DNA from: Lama glama
Taxonomy: Eukaryota
Assembly (NCBI GenBank): GCA_028534125.1
Contig: CM052816.1
Coordinates: forward strand, 96,970,001-97,034,000
Length of the DNA: 64,000 bases
Reading direction: 5' to 3'
Positions 13,288-24,879 of this stretch are shown one piece after another; positions within the stretch are counted from its first letter, which is position 1; each line of letters starts with the position of its first letter. A program made the position numbers and the translations under genes. The notes beneath the pieces were generated by a model. That model worked only from the letters and a program-made list of their open reading frames with translations, was not told the origin of the DNA and searched no databases.

Positions 13288-13760
13288 GTGCCAGGCACAA
13301 TAATGCCCCCCACAAGGTGTCTACATCCTAGTATCTGAAACCTGTCAATAGGTAACCTTACACGGTGAAAAGGACTTCTGAGATGTGATTAAGATGAGGA
13401 TCTTGATGTGGAGAGAATGATCATGGATTGTCCGGGTGAGCCCAGTGTCATCACAAGGGAGGCAGAATCGGAGGAGACATGATAACAAAAGTAGAGACTG
13501 GAGTGATGCACTTTGAGGATGCAGGAAGAGGCCACAAGCCAAGGGATGCAGGCAGCCTCCAGAAGCTGCTGGAAAAGGTAAAGAATGCTGGGTTTCTTTC
13601 TGGAGGCCCCAGAAAGAAACCCAGTCCTGCTGACACCTTGACTGCAGCCCCGTGAAACGGATTCTGGACTTGTGGCCTCCAGAACAGTAACGTAAATTGC
13701 ATGGTTCGCAGCCACTCAGTCTGCGATGATTTGTTATAGCAGCAACGGGAAACTGACACA
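13288..13760 (+). mobile_element. MaLR MLT1D-like solo LTR
   Basis: taaccttacacggtgaaaaggacttctgagatgtgattaag; gccacaagccaagggatgcaggcagcctccagaagctg; ends tttgttatagcagcaacgggaaactgacaca. Confidence 0.9.
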
Positions 13761-13789
13761 GTTTGTGTTTGGCACGTCGTCTTCAGGGC

Positions 13790-14200
13790 ACCCGTTGGGC
13801 TCACACCAATCCCTCTGCTGCCTTCTCCATCTCATTTGAACTTATTCTTTACTCCTTTTTTCTCACACTTCCCACACCCATTTCTACTGCAAGGATACAC
13901 CCGGAACTTGACCGGATCTCACCACATCCACTGCAGGCTCGTGGTCCGAGCATGATTGCACTAGGGTGTCTAGAGTGGTCTTTGTGTACAGACTGGAAGG
14001 ACTACTTTAAAGCCTAGGCCAGGCCCGGTCACTCCTCCAGGGACTTCCCTCTCACTCAGAGTGAAACCAGTATCCTCTGTCCCGCCCTAATCTGCGCTGA
14101 TTTGACCCGACTACGCCTCTCAGCCTTTGTCTCCTCTCAACTCCGCAGGGCACTGGTCTCATTTGCTCTACAACCCACCAGGCAGCTTCCAGCCTTGGTG
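13790..14200 (+). mobile_element. L2 LINE fragment
   Basis: Degenerate L2 motifs (ctcaccacatccactgc; gtcactcctcc...cttccctctcactcagagtgaaacca). Confidence 0.5.
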
Positions 14201-14202
14201 CC

Positions 14203-14510
14203 TATTTTGGGTTGAATTCTGTACCCCTAAAAATTCATATGCTGAATTCTTAACCCCCAGTCCCTTGGAATGTGACTGTGTTTGGAGACAGGTCTTTGAA
14301 AAGATAAAGAGTAAAAATGAAGTGAACAGAGTGGGCTCCAATCTAAACTGGTGTCCATATAAGAGAGGAGATTAGGACCCAGACATGCCCAGAGGGGAGG
14401 CCGGGTGAGGACACAGAGAGAAGATGGCCATCTCCGGGCCGAGGAGGGGAGCCTCAAAAGAAATCAGCCCTGTCGACACCTTGACCGCAGACTTCCAGTC
14501 TCAGGAGAAC
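14203..14510 (+). mobile_element. MaLR MLT1B-like LTR, 3' truncated
   Basis: gggttgaattctgtacccctaaaaattcatatgctgaa...gaatgtgactgtgtttggagacaggtcttt...gtgaggacacagagagaagatggccatct. Confidence 0.85.
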
Positions 14511-15361
14511 AGCTCACCCCCGGCGGTATACTTAGTAAGACACAGGGCCATGTCTCACGCCCACTTTTTGCAGCCGTCACTTCTCCAGCTCTAATTACAT
14601 GACAGCAACATTACCAGCCCATGTCTCGGAGCCACAGCAGACATTGCTGTGCGCAGCATAAAAATAGCCCCCAGCCAAGGCCCTTTCCTGCCACCGCGTC
14701 GGTCAGTTGTGCGGCAGTTCACCAAAATCTTCATGATACATCAGAAACAGAACAATTCAGAGCAACTTAAGTGATTTTGAGATGGCAGAAACAACCTAAT
14801 TACTGCATTTTTGTCACTTACTTTAACCAATAAAATAGTTCAAATGAGGGGCCTCTGCATTGAACCCCGTGGTGACCCGCGTGTCACTCTGTGCACCAGC
14901 ACCTCGGATCAACAGCACCTGCAAACACAGGGCCAAACTGCAATGAGACCATAATCACTTCTGAACTTCCAGAATGTGTTTATATAAATAAATAGTAAAT
15001 ATCACACAGCACTTAGTAAAAATCGACGTTCCAGGCACACGCTTCTGCTGGTGTGCGGTGTCTCTCCCCACGGTGATTCAGGACCCGGGATCCTTCCGGC
15101 TTGTAGCAGGCCATTCCCAAATACATCGCCTGTGTCTGCACCGGCCAGCGGAAGGGGCAACAGTGGAGAGGACGCACACACGATTCTCTTGCAACCCAGC
15201 GCTGAGACGCCCTCCCCAGAGCAGCAAGCATCCAACAGCAAAGGCGCCTGGGAAATGTAGTGCAGCCTGGCCCCTGGCTACAGCCCTGTCTTCACGGAAG
15301 GAGGGGATGGATTTGGGCGGATACCTAGCAGGTTCTACTACAGACTAAGGTAGAAGAAAAG

Positions 15362-15906
15362 TATTAAAGTAAAGGCCAAATGGGACTGCCAGTTAATCCC
15401 AGAGCCACACAGAGCTATCGACCCTGCCAACTAAAAATTGGCACTTGGCATCTACCTCTACAGAGATTAAATCACAAGCTGCTGAAGTCAGTGGCCTTCA
15501 ACACACCCTGGAAGGAGCTCAGGGCGGAGGTCAGGAAGGAGGCGCTCTGTGCTCTGGGAAAACTGGCAGAACAGGCCTTAAGAGGGTTAGGTCTTTTCAG
15601 ATTTCATGAGCCCGATTTCTTGCATCTCCTCATATCTCGAAAGGCAGTAAATCACTCACGGAGCCATCTGCTCCCCGTGACTAGCAGTGACCTTCAGGAG
15701 ATGAGCAGCAACCTTCTGCAAAAATGTGCGCTTGGTTGCACGTACCCCCCTTTCACCAAAATCACAGACACACTGACCTTCCCCCGCCTCTCCAGAGCGG
15801 TCCCTCGGAGCTCTCGGAGACGCTGTCTCTCTGGCTAAAGCCCTCATTTTGCCCCAAGTAAATCTTAACTCACCACTCTCACGTTGTGCATTTTCTTGGT
15901 CCGCAA
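15362..15906 (+). mobile_element. ERV1-type solo LTR
   Basis: 3' end cctcattttgccccaagtaaatcttaactcaccactctcacgttgtgcatttt resembles recalled laurasiatherian ERV1 LTR R/U5; aaattggcacttggcatcta. Confidence 0.65.
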
Positions 15907-16339
15907 CCCAGTCGTAGATGATGGTAAATCCCGGCCTCTGGACGCCGACCCACCTGCCCAGGTAAGACACCGTGAAGGAGCAGAGAGAACTGCACTCTCT
16001 GCAGGTGAAGCCTGCAGGTGAAGCCAGTCCCAGGGGAACAGGCAGGCGCTTAGCCAGCAGGACAGCCCGCCTCACCACCAATTCAGCGATGCGCTAGGTC
16101 CTCGGCGGAGAGAGGAAAGCTGAGCAGGGCCAGGGGGTCACACTGACCGGGCTCCCCCGACACAGGAGGAAACGTCAGGAGTGGGAAACAACCGTTCCCC
16201 CCAAATATCATCCTTCAAGGACAAACCCAATTGCTCCTCCGTCCAAAAGATAACTGACACTCCGGGCAGCGTCGATCTTTCTTTCCTCTGACTTTCCTGC
16301 GGTGTGGACTCTGGCAGACGTGGCCTCTTTTCCTTGTAT

Positions 16340-16490
16340 CATAGACATCTGTGTGGGTATCTGATGTCCTTAAATAGATTTTAGGCTCCTGAGAAGAGTC
16401 CTTACTTAGCATTCTGTGCTATTCTCACCACCTAACGTTTGCCCTCAAATACAACAAAATCTTAATGATGGACAAATAAATGATTGAAAT
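16340..16490 (+). mobile_element. L2 3' end
   Basis: tagattttaggctcctgagaagag...aaataaatgattgaa tail. Confidence 0.5.
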
Positions 16491-17521
16491 CTGTAACGCA
16501 TTTTAAGCAAAACAGACTGACCAGTATTTATGCCAGGAAGGCAGGTTTTTATTTCCTTGTGGCACAATGCACTTTATACCCAGAGTAGTGACTGCTCCCA
16601 GCGCCAGCATGCTGGTTTAAATTCCCCTCATAGAATCGTGTGAAACCGGCTCGGAGTCTGCCAAGGCAGGCTGACTGCTGGGACTGAATTCATAGTCTTA
16701 GCATTTCCCTCTAGCTCCTGGACTTCTGGAACAGTGAACTAATTACTCAGTAGTTAGCGAGCCAAATAGCATGGATCGGTCACAATTTTTTTAAGTAAAT
16801 TTGAATATTTTCTGTGTTTGAATATCTTATTTTATCCAGTGTTTAAAACCATGAATTGTTAATATGACTGAACATTTTCCACTGAAAGACAAAGCTTGCT
16901 AAAGGCTTTGAAGAACAGAAGTAAATTACAGATTTGGTGCTTGTAAACTCTGACTTGAAGAGTACCATTCATGTTTGTCAGGATGAAAACATTCTGAGTG
17001 AAAGCATTAAAAGTGGTATTTTTCCTTCCAATTAGGGAAAGTCAGGTGTTGGAACCATGAATTACCAGCCATCATTTTAGAATAAAGTTACATAAGAATG
17101 TAAACTAATGGAAAGCCATGGCTTTGTTATTCCCCATTGAAACATAATTTTTTCTTTTAACTCTTTACTTTTTATTTATTTTTATTTTCATCTTCTTATT
17201 GATGTACAGTCAGTGTACAATGTTGTACAGAATGTGGCAAAACGAACACTGAGCAGCCCCAGTACTGAGGTAAGCACAGTATCAGCCTCTCCCTGAAACC
17301 CTGGTGTAGAAAGAATTTTCAGGGTTTAAAAATGAGTAGGATAGCGTGGTCCACTTAAACTCCCCAAAGCTAGGTTGCTGTTATGCAACACTTCAGAAAG
17401 CGCTCCTTTGACCTCTGTTATCACGAAAACAGGCCCTGGAAATGTAGGCGGTCACTTCAGAAGGCAACTGACCTCCCCACGGAAAGTTCAAAACAGGAAA
17501 AGTATAAGCAAATCGGGCCTT

Positions 17522-17970
17522 TGCTATGAACTGTCTTGTGTTCCTACCAAATTCATATGTTGAATTCCTAACCTCCAGTATCAGACAGGGCCCTGAAGGA
17601 GGTAATTGGGTTAAATGAGGCCATGAGGCTGGGACCCTAGTCCAACATGGTAGGTGTCCTTATAGGAAGAGGGAGAGACATCAGCGATCTCTCTATCTCC
17701 CTCTCTCTCTCTCTCATTTTTTCTCCCTCCCTCTCTCTCTCCTTCTCCCTGCCTCGCCACCCCCCAACACACACACGGAGGACAGCCTGTGTGAAAACAC
17801 CAAGCCAGGTGCCATCTGCAAGACAAAGAGAGAGTCCCCACCAGAACCCAGCCCTGACAGCACCTTGACCTTGGACTTCTGGCCTCCAGAACTGTAAGAA
17901 AATTAATTTGTATTGTTTAAGGCCCTCAGTCTGCAGTGTTTGGATGCAGCCACCTGAGCAGACTAATATA
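17522..17970 (+). mobile_element. MaLR MLT1A/B-like solo LTR with internal (CT)n tract
   Basis: caaattcatatgttgaattcctaacctccagta; caccttgaccttggacttctggcctccagaactgtaagaaa; ends gagcagactaatata. Confidence 0.9.
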
Positions 17971-18224
17971 ACCTGTGTGTTTGCCTTAATTCAAGCTCCT
18001 TTCACATGTCATCAAAATCAATGGTCATCTTTCTGGGGGAAAAAGCATGAATTATTGGCACCTAAATGCATAATGATCAGTAGGCATTGCCGAGGAACCT
18101 AGCAGGCATTGTGCATTTGAATATTTATGTGATATGAAAATTCCTTGTGACGCTGTCAATGTATTTTGCTTCATGGGAGGATGTGGGGCACAAAGGGTTA
18201 CTCTCTGGGGTTTAAGATCATGCT

Positions 18225-18400
18225 GTTCAGTGGGGAAAGCACTGCTTTGGAGGAAGTCACGGACACCTGAGTTCAAACTCCTACCCGGATATTTATCAGT
18301 TGTGTGACAGGAGGCAGTTTTTTCTCTCATTCCTCTGAGCATCAGTTTTTCTCATTTCTACCCGGAGATAATTCTATGTTTCTTCATTGCTGAGAGAAAC
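18225..18400 (+). mobile_element. MIR SINE
   Basis: acctgagttcaaactcc...tgtgtgac...cctctgagcatcagtttttctcat. Confidence 0.65.
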
Positions 18401-18639
18401 GTGATATTATACTCAAAGTAGAGAGTCAAAACTGTGTTTTGGTTTTCTCTAGCATGTCGCAGGCTTCCAGGACACCAGAACTGGGAGCAGCTGTTTGGGA
18501 AGTAAATGTGACTTTGGGCATTCTCACTTGCCTGGGGATCAAGGTGCTCACTGCACTGCTTTGATGGTGGGGCCGAAAGATGAGCGAAGCTCGATCAGTA
18601 TTGACTGGACGGCAGGCCACTACTGGGAAGGACACCACT

Positions 18640-18810
18640 GGCGGGAGCGCAGCAGAGCCGGGCTCGAGGCCAGGCGCTGCCGCTTCCTGCGGAACTCAGG
18701 ACAACTTATGTGATCTCTGACCTCAAGTTCCTCATCTGTAAAAATGGGAATAACTACCCTTTTAACCTCACAGGTGTTTGTGGGATTCAAAGGCAACAAG
18801 CAAAGCGTTT
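18640..18810 (+). mobile_element. MIR SINE
   Basis: tctctgacctcaagttcctcatctgtaaaaatgggaataactacc...cctcacaggtgtttgtgggattcaaa. Confidence 0.75.
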
Positions 18811-18909
18811 TGCAGTTTGTCTAAAGAGAAGTTAGGTTCTAACAGAAGAAGAATCACTGGGCTCTCGCGGATGATTCAGACCGCAGTGTCTGAGGATCCT
18901 CGGTCAGGT

Positions 18910-19500
18910 ATTCATTCAACCAACGTTTAGACAAACGACCCTGGGCCTTGTGCTAGGCACAACGTCTGCCTCCACGAACAGAAGGAATTTGGTTCCTGCC
19001 TTCGAAGAGCTCACCTTCAAGAAGGGAGACAGGTGCTAAACTCACAAGAAAATGAATAAATGTGTATCTTACACTGTGGTAAATCCTGTAAATGTAAAGA
19101 ATAGGCAGCCATGAGAGACAACTGTCAGGGGTGGGGGGCACTGGTTTGGCTGAGGGTCAAGAAGAGCCCTCTGCCGGGGGGATGAGATGGGCGGGATGGA
19201 TGGAGGCGAGGCAGGCCAGGCCGTGGCCTCAGGAGGGGGAGGGGCAGGTTCATGCCAACACCCTTGGATAAGACAAGGGGCCACCGTGGCTGGACTTCAG
19301 AGAGCAAGAGGGCGGTCCGGGGTCGGGAGAGAGGGCATATGAGAGATTGTTTGTTTTAACCCACATGCAGTGGGGATCCATGGAGGGCTGTCACAGGGGG
19401 TCAGGATCCAGCCACAGTGTGGAAAGGTCACTTCAGCTGCTCTGCACAGAGTACACAGAAGGGGAGCAGATGGGTGATGCTGGGTCAGCAAGGACAGCAT
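18910..19500 (-). mobile_element. L2 LINE (antisense, 3' part)
   Basis: attcattcaaccaacgttt...tgtgctaggcac...ttcctgccttcgaagagctcacctt...gggagacag. Confidence 0.7.
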
Positions 19501-19514
19501 CCCTGCCACCAGGT

Positions 19515-19670
19515 GTGAGGGGGGAGGGAGTATCTCACTCCTGGGAGGGGAGGGGGAGGAGGGCATCTCACTCCTGGGAGGAGGGGGGAGGAGGCATCTC
19601 ACTCCTGGGAGGGGAGGGGGAGGAGGGCATCTCACTCCTGGGAGGGGAGGGGGAGGACAGCATCCTGGGC
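19515..19670 (+). repeat. G-rich minisatellite, 31-33 bp unit, ~4.5 copies
   Basis: atctcactcctgggag recurs at 19532, 19565, 19596 and 19629, each followed by G-runs. Confidence 0.95.
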
Positions 19671-20297
19671 ACTAGGATGTGAAGGGGGAGGACTGGGCCC
19701 AGAGGGAAGGAAGGAGGTAGGTGGAGTCAGGACATATTCTGCAGGTAGAATGGCCAGGTGGGTTTGCTCCAGTGATAACAGCCAGGCTGCCTCATCATCG
19801 TCCAGTGTGGAAACAAAAATAAAAAGTAGGAAATAACATGAATCCTTTTGCTAGATTGATAATTTTTGAAAATTATCAGAGTTGATTTGAAATATGTTGA
19901 TCCTTTCTTTTTCTCCCAGGAAGAGCAATGTAATTCCATCAATTTCACAGCAGGAAATGAAGGCAAGGGATCGCTCAGGGACAGGAGAGAAAAGTGGTTA
20001 CTATTTTACTCAGCAGTAAACAGTCAATTTACGTAACCATTGCATTTCTCTCATATTAATTGAATCTAATAAGAATTTGTGTTTACACTCCAACCTCAGT
20101 ATCATAAATTGATATTTGCCTCTGGAACTTTTCTGAAGTTTCCCTACATGTGTCTTTGGTTGGAGTATTTATATTTTCTTCCTTTAAGTTGCCATAATTA
20201 TTTTCATTATATCTCTACTCTGATTTTTCACTCCATTTTCTTTTTCTCTTTCATTGCCTTAATGAGAAGTATGTTGTTAGTTTGCAAGAAATGGCAG

Positions 20298-20797
20298 NNN
20301 NNNNNNNNNNNNNNNNNNNNNNNNNNNNNNNNNNNNNNNNNNNNNNNNNNNNNNNNNNNNNNNNNNNNNNNNNNNNNNNNNNNNNNNNNNNNNNNNNNNN
20401 NNNNNNNNNNNNNNNNNNNNNNNNNNNNNNNNNNNNNNNNNNNNNNNNNNNNNNNNNNNNNNNNNNNNNNNNNNNNNNNNNNNNNNNNNNNNNNNNNNNN
20501 NNNNNNNNNNNNNNNNNNNNNNNNNNNNNNNNNNNNNNNNNNNNNNNNNNNNNNNNNNNNNNNNNNNNNNNNNNNNNNNNNNNNNNNNNNNNNNNNNNNN
20601 NNNNNNNNNNNNNNNNNNNNNNNNNNNNNNNNNNNNNNNNNNNNNNNNNNNNNNNNNNNNNNNNNNNNNNNNNNNNNNNNNNNNNNNNNNNNNNNNNNNN
20701 NNNNNNNNNNNNNNNNNNNNNNNNNNNNNNNNNNNNNNNNNNNNNNNNNNNNNNNNNNNNNNNNNNNNNNNNNNNNNNNNNNNNNNNNNNNNNNNNN
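20298..20797. other. Assembly gap (500 N)
   Basis: Run of N. Confidence 1.
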
Positions 20798-21429
20798 TAA
20801 CTGTCTTCTCGCTCACCGCTTTTTCACATTGAATTATGCAGATCAAACATGATTTTCTAGTCATTTTTATTCCCAGGCAGAAGTAGGTAAAGGGGGTTGA
20901 AATGCACTAGTATTAGTTCTTTCACATGTTTAATTTTTGTGTCTGTTATATATGTATTTATGAAAACTCGGGGCTGTCTGTCCAACACTAGCAGGTGCTT
21001 AATGAAGCGGTAAAACGGGAAAAGAACCAGCAGAGAGATAAACCCCATCTTATTAAGAAGGGAGTTTTCTAATGTTGTCATTCACAATCATTACAAAACT
21101 TTGTGAATAAAAAAGATGATATGCTTTTACACTGAACACAGAAATCTTCAGGAGAAAATTCTCTCCACATTAAAACAAACCAAATGGAAGGAGACTTCAC
21201 TCCTTTATTACTCATTGACATCTCCAAGCTATAACCAACTCCCTTGCTCATCCTCTGTGATGATTCTTTCAAACATTCCCCCATCTCCTAAAATTTCCAT
21301 GCATTTTTCAATAGAAGCTCTTGTTTCTCACCTCTCTGTGAGACTGGCCATTGATCTATCTCAGATTTGTATTATCAGTTCTACAAACTCGCCTACATTT
21401 TCATTCATAGATTTTTTTCCTGCCCCCTG

Positions 21430-22465
21430 TTAAGCAGGAGCAGCTGCCCCTGCCTTGTTTCCTCCAGCTTCTCCCCCGGTGCTCGGAGGCTCACCCTCAC
21501 CACCTCCCGATTCCTGGGCACCCTGATCTATCAGTTACCTTCTTCCTGTTCCACAGTCAGCGTTACCTTCTCTGTCTACTCATCAGCATTAAAAACTGCT
21601 CGAGAATCTTCTATCCAAAATGTGAAGCCCTTGACACTGCATATCCCTCTCATTACCTAATCCCCCTCCTTGCTCATAAGGATCTTTTTCCCACCATAAT
21701 CTTCTTAAAATTCTACCAGACAGACTGAGGAGCCGTCCCAGGGACAGATCCTACCCCCATGAACCCCTCTTCTTGTTTGTAGAAAAGCTTTAGGCTCCTA
21801 GGCCTTCCCCAATTTCAAAGAGCAAATTTGATCAGAGCGGTGAGAAAATGCGGAAACAAAGGAAAACAGTCAAGCAAGACAAAATAACAATAGTTCAGCC
21901 GTGTGACAAAGTCTAGGACCATTGGTTCCTCCTAAAGGGCAGTAGGCAAGGTCCTGAGCCACGTCTTTGAGCTGTTTTGCAGACACTGAAACCCCCACCA
22001 GGTGGAAGCAGTTAACAGCATGCTGACCACCAGCACAGAGACCCCAGAGTAGTTGGAGTCAGAAAACTGATAACTGAGATTCTGGAAACTTCACCTTGTT
22101 ATCTCACCACCAACCAGAAGAATGTCCACGAACTGATCAGGCCCCCTGTTTCCCTCTGCCCTAGCATAAAAGAAGCTTGAACTCCACCCCAAATTAACAC
22201 GGTTCTGTAGGACATTGATCTGCCATCTTCTTGGTTTCCTGGCTTTCTGAGTCAAGTCGCTTTTCCTTGCACCAGTACCTTGTGTGCTGAGTCATTGCCT
22301 GTCGTGTGGCACCTGGTACGAGCTTGGACTTGGCTACCCTTCTCCTGGTGCTCTCTCCATTTCCTTGCCACCACCCTCAACTCACTCCTCAACCCACTCA
22401 TATCTGTCTTTTCCCCAAACACACATTTGAAACTCTGTACTGAGGCACCCAGGGACCCCCGTAGC
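21430..22465 (+). mobile_element. L2 ORF2-region fragment interrupted by an LTR
   Basis: ctcctcaacccactc...cacacatttgaaactctgtactgaggcacccagggacc resembles the L2 RT 'PLQSGF..HSTETAL..V.NDL' region. Confidence 0.55.
21712..22338 (+). mobile_element. ERV1-type solo LTR (related to 37847-38476)
   Basis: Shares ctcctaggccttc, gtgagaaaatgc, aaacagtcaagcaa, ctttgagctgttt and gttaac blocks with the 37.8-kb LTR; ends gagcttggacttggctac. Confidence 0.8.
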
Positions 22466-22469
22466 TCTA

Positions 22470-22580
22470 CCACCCAGCCCCAGCCTCTGTCAACCACCAT
22501 CCTGCCCTCTGTCCCCGAGGTCTGGCCTCTCTACTCTAGGTACTCCACATAAGTGAAATCATACATATTTGTCTTTTTAG
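22470..22580 (-). mobile_element. L1MA/MB 3' fragment
   Basis: ccccagcctctgtcaaccaccatcctgccctctgtc...ccacataagtgaaatcataca. Confidence 0.75.
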
Positions 22581-23339
22581 TTGAACTCCAAACAAAATCA
22601 GAGTTAGAGATGGAAGAGAGGTGATAAATATTGGGTAGAACAATCTCAGAGTCTTCTACACTTTCCTCAGTTAGTGATTAGGACAGAGTTACATATGCAT
22701 TTTTTTTCTTAATAACTGACACGGGATATGGGTTAAAGACATGCAAGATTTGTAACGTTTATGCTGCCAAGAGGAGGGAGCTCTATGGAGGGGAGTCCAC
22801 ACAAACTGGCTGACTAGTGTGTGGAAGTGCTCACAGCATCATCAGATGGGCCCCTGGAGAGAGGCTGCTGGGGCTGCTGGGATGTGCTCCCTGGCTATCA
22901 TGGTGTGAGAGTGGAGGGGAGGACAGCGGGGGTGAGCCTGGGGGGAAGGGGCTCCAGACCCACCATGTGGAGAGGGAATGATAGACAGAAATAGTGATGG
23001 AGGCTTACTCCTGCGCTGGGCTTCAGATGTTGCATCACCGTTTCCCTTGATACTGTGTTCATCACAAGAACGTTAATTTTCCTGAAGTCTTGCAATCAGA
23101 ACAGTGTCTAATTTCTCCACAGGCCACTGATGGACCCCAGGAAGGCCAGTGTTGACTATTATAAACACAAAAATACCTCCGCCATGTGATGGTCTTGAGT
23201 CAGAGTCTGTATTTCTCCTGCAGCAGATCCCATCTGGTGTTGGGTTCTTTATCTGCAGTGTCTCATTTAACTCTTACAATCCTCTGTGAAGCAGGGATTA
23301 TCAATCCCTTTTTATACACGTGTACCATAGACCATGCAG

Positions 23340-23552
23340 ATCTCCAGCTGACCGAGGACCACTTCTTGGGTGTGGCATGAATAGAGAAGTCTTAAAGATC
23401 ATGCCCATCCAGAGGGCATAAGTGAAAGACAGAGCCCCTGGATCCAGCCATGTCTGAAGCGGGCCTTCTCTGTTCTTTGAGCCTTTACATTCTCTTTCAC
23501 CTTAAGCTAGTGTGAGTTGGGTTTTTGTCTGAGAAGGAATCTTCCAACTACA
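23340..23552 (+). mobile_element. MaLR MLT1J/K-like LTR 3' fragment
   Basis: gagcccctggatccagccatgtctgaagc...cttaagctagtgtgagttgggttt. Confidence 0.6.
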
Positions 23553-24432
23553 TTCAACATGCATCTCTTCCTCCGTGATGGCCACATGAGCAGCCAGTTG
23601 TCTGAATTTTCCTTCAAAGAATTCTCTCTGCAGCACATGTGGATCCTACTAGCCATCTCCAGTGTGGGGAAAAGCAAGTCAAGTGCAACTAAAACAAAAA
23701 ATAAAATAAAACATGCACAAATACACCAACACCTAGCTTCCAACCATCAGAGAACTGTCCCTGCAGGGCTCTGCAGTGCTGATTTTGAAATCATGATATA
23801 GAAAAAATAAGAGCCTACTCTTTTTAGATATAAAATAAATCTGCTCACTTTCTCTTCATGTTACTCTTTCAGCTTTGTATTTGCTATCAATGTTAAACAA
23901 ATTTGAATTTTTAAAGAAATGTTTCAGGTCATATTACATTATTTCACATCAGGAAAATTAACGTGTCTTCAGTCTTCTCTTGTATTCCTGATATGACCAG
24001 GTGACAGTGTACCTATATTCTCTCCTGCAAACTGCTGTGGAGATGACATCCCAGAAGAAGCACTTTCTCTCCTGGTGGAACTGAGAATTCTTGCTTTTAT
24101 CTCACTGATATCCTCTCACTCTTTTCTGTCCCACTCTGAGCACAAACTCAACTTTCTTTGTATGTCCTTTCGTAGTTACTTGATACAACACATTTATTCT
24201 CTCTTTAAAACATCCATTGAGAGATATTGGTAACCTCCGGAACTCTTTGGTCAGGCATGTTTTCATGCTGACAAGGAAATCATCCAGCTTACAAGCGTAG
24301 CCCGCAGTTCATACACAAACGATAGTAGGTTTTAGGTCTTCAGATGGTGATTCAATAGCAAACGTTAAGACTTAGAGTATTTATACATATAGAAACTGAT
24401 GCTAAATTCTTCTGTTAACCCATCAATTACTT

Positions 24433-24752
24433 CTTTTAAATTTATTTGTATTGTAGTTGATTTACAATGTTGTGTTAGTTTCAGGTGTACAGCAAAGTGA
24501 GTCAGTTATACATAATACATACAAATGTTTATATTTTTTCAGATTCTTTTCCATTATATTATTATTGAATATAGTTCCTTGTGCTATACAGTAATCCTTG
24601 TTGTTAATCTATTTTATATGTAGTAGTATGTATATGTTAATCCAAAACTCCTAATTTATCCCTCCCCCCAACCCCTTCCCCTTTGGTAACCATAGTTTAT
24701 TTTCTATGTCTGTGAGTCTATTTCTAGTTTGTAAATAAGTTCGTTTGCATCC
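24433..24752 (-). mobile_element. Artiodactyl-type L1 3' UTR
   Basis: tagttgatttacaatgttgtgttagtttcaggtgtacagcaaagtga; ttcccctttggtaaccatag. Confidence 0.9.
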
Positions 24753-24879
24753 TTTGGGGGGGTAATTAGGTTTATTTTATTTTTATTTTAATTCATGTTT
24801 TTATGGAGGTACTGGGGATTGAACCCAGGACCTCATATATGCTACCCATGTGCTCTGCCACTGAGCTATACACTCCCCC
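24753..24879 (-). mobile_element. Vic-1-type tRNA-derived SINE inserted in the L1
   Basis: Antisense ggtaattaggttt...ggaggtactggggattgaacccaggacctc...ccactgagctatacactcccc; flanking repeat tttgcatcc / tttgtatcc. Confidence 0.9.

Noticed and set aside
19515..19670. CRISPR-like repeat array
   Set aside because: Head-to-tail tandem units without unique spacers, no cas genes, mammalian context.
20079..20864. Long ORFs (172-257 aa), and likewise 58740-59481
   Set aside because: Artefacts of translation through N gaps.
21995..22010. CTCF-like motifs (ccaccaggtggaagc; also ~37054 and ~50139)
   Set aside because: Each mismatches a strongly conserved core position; cannot be supported without PWM or ChIP data.
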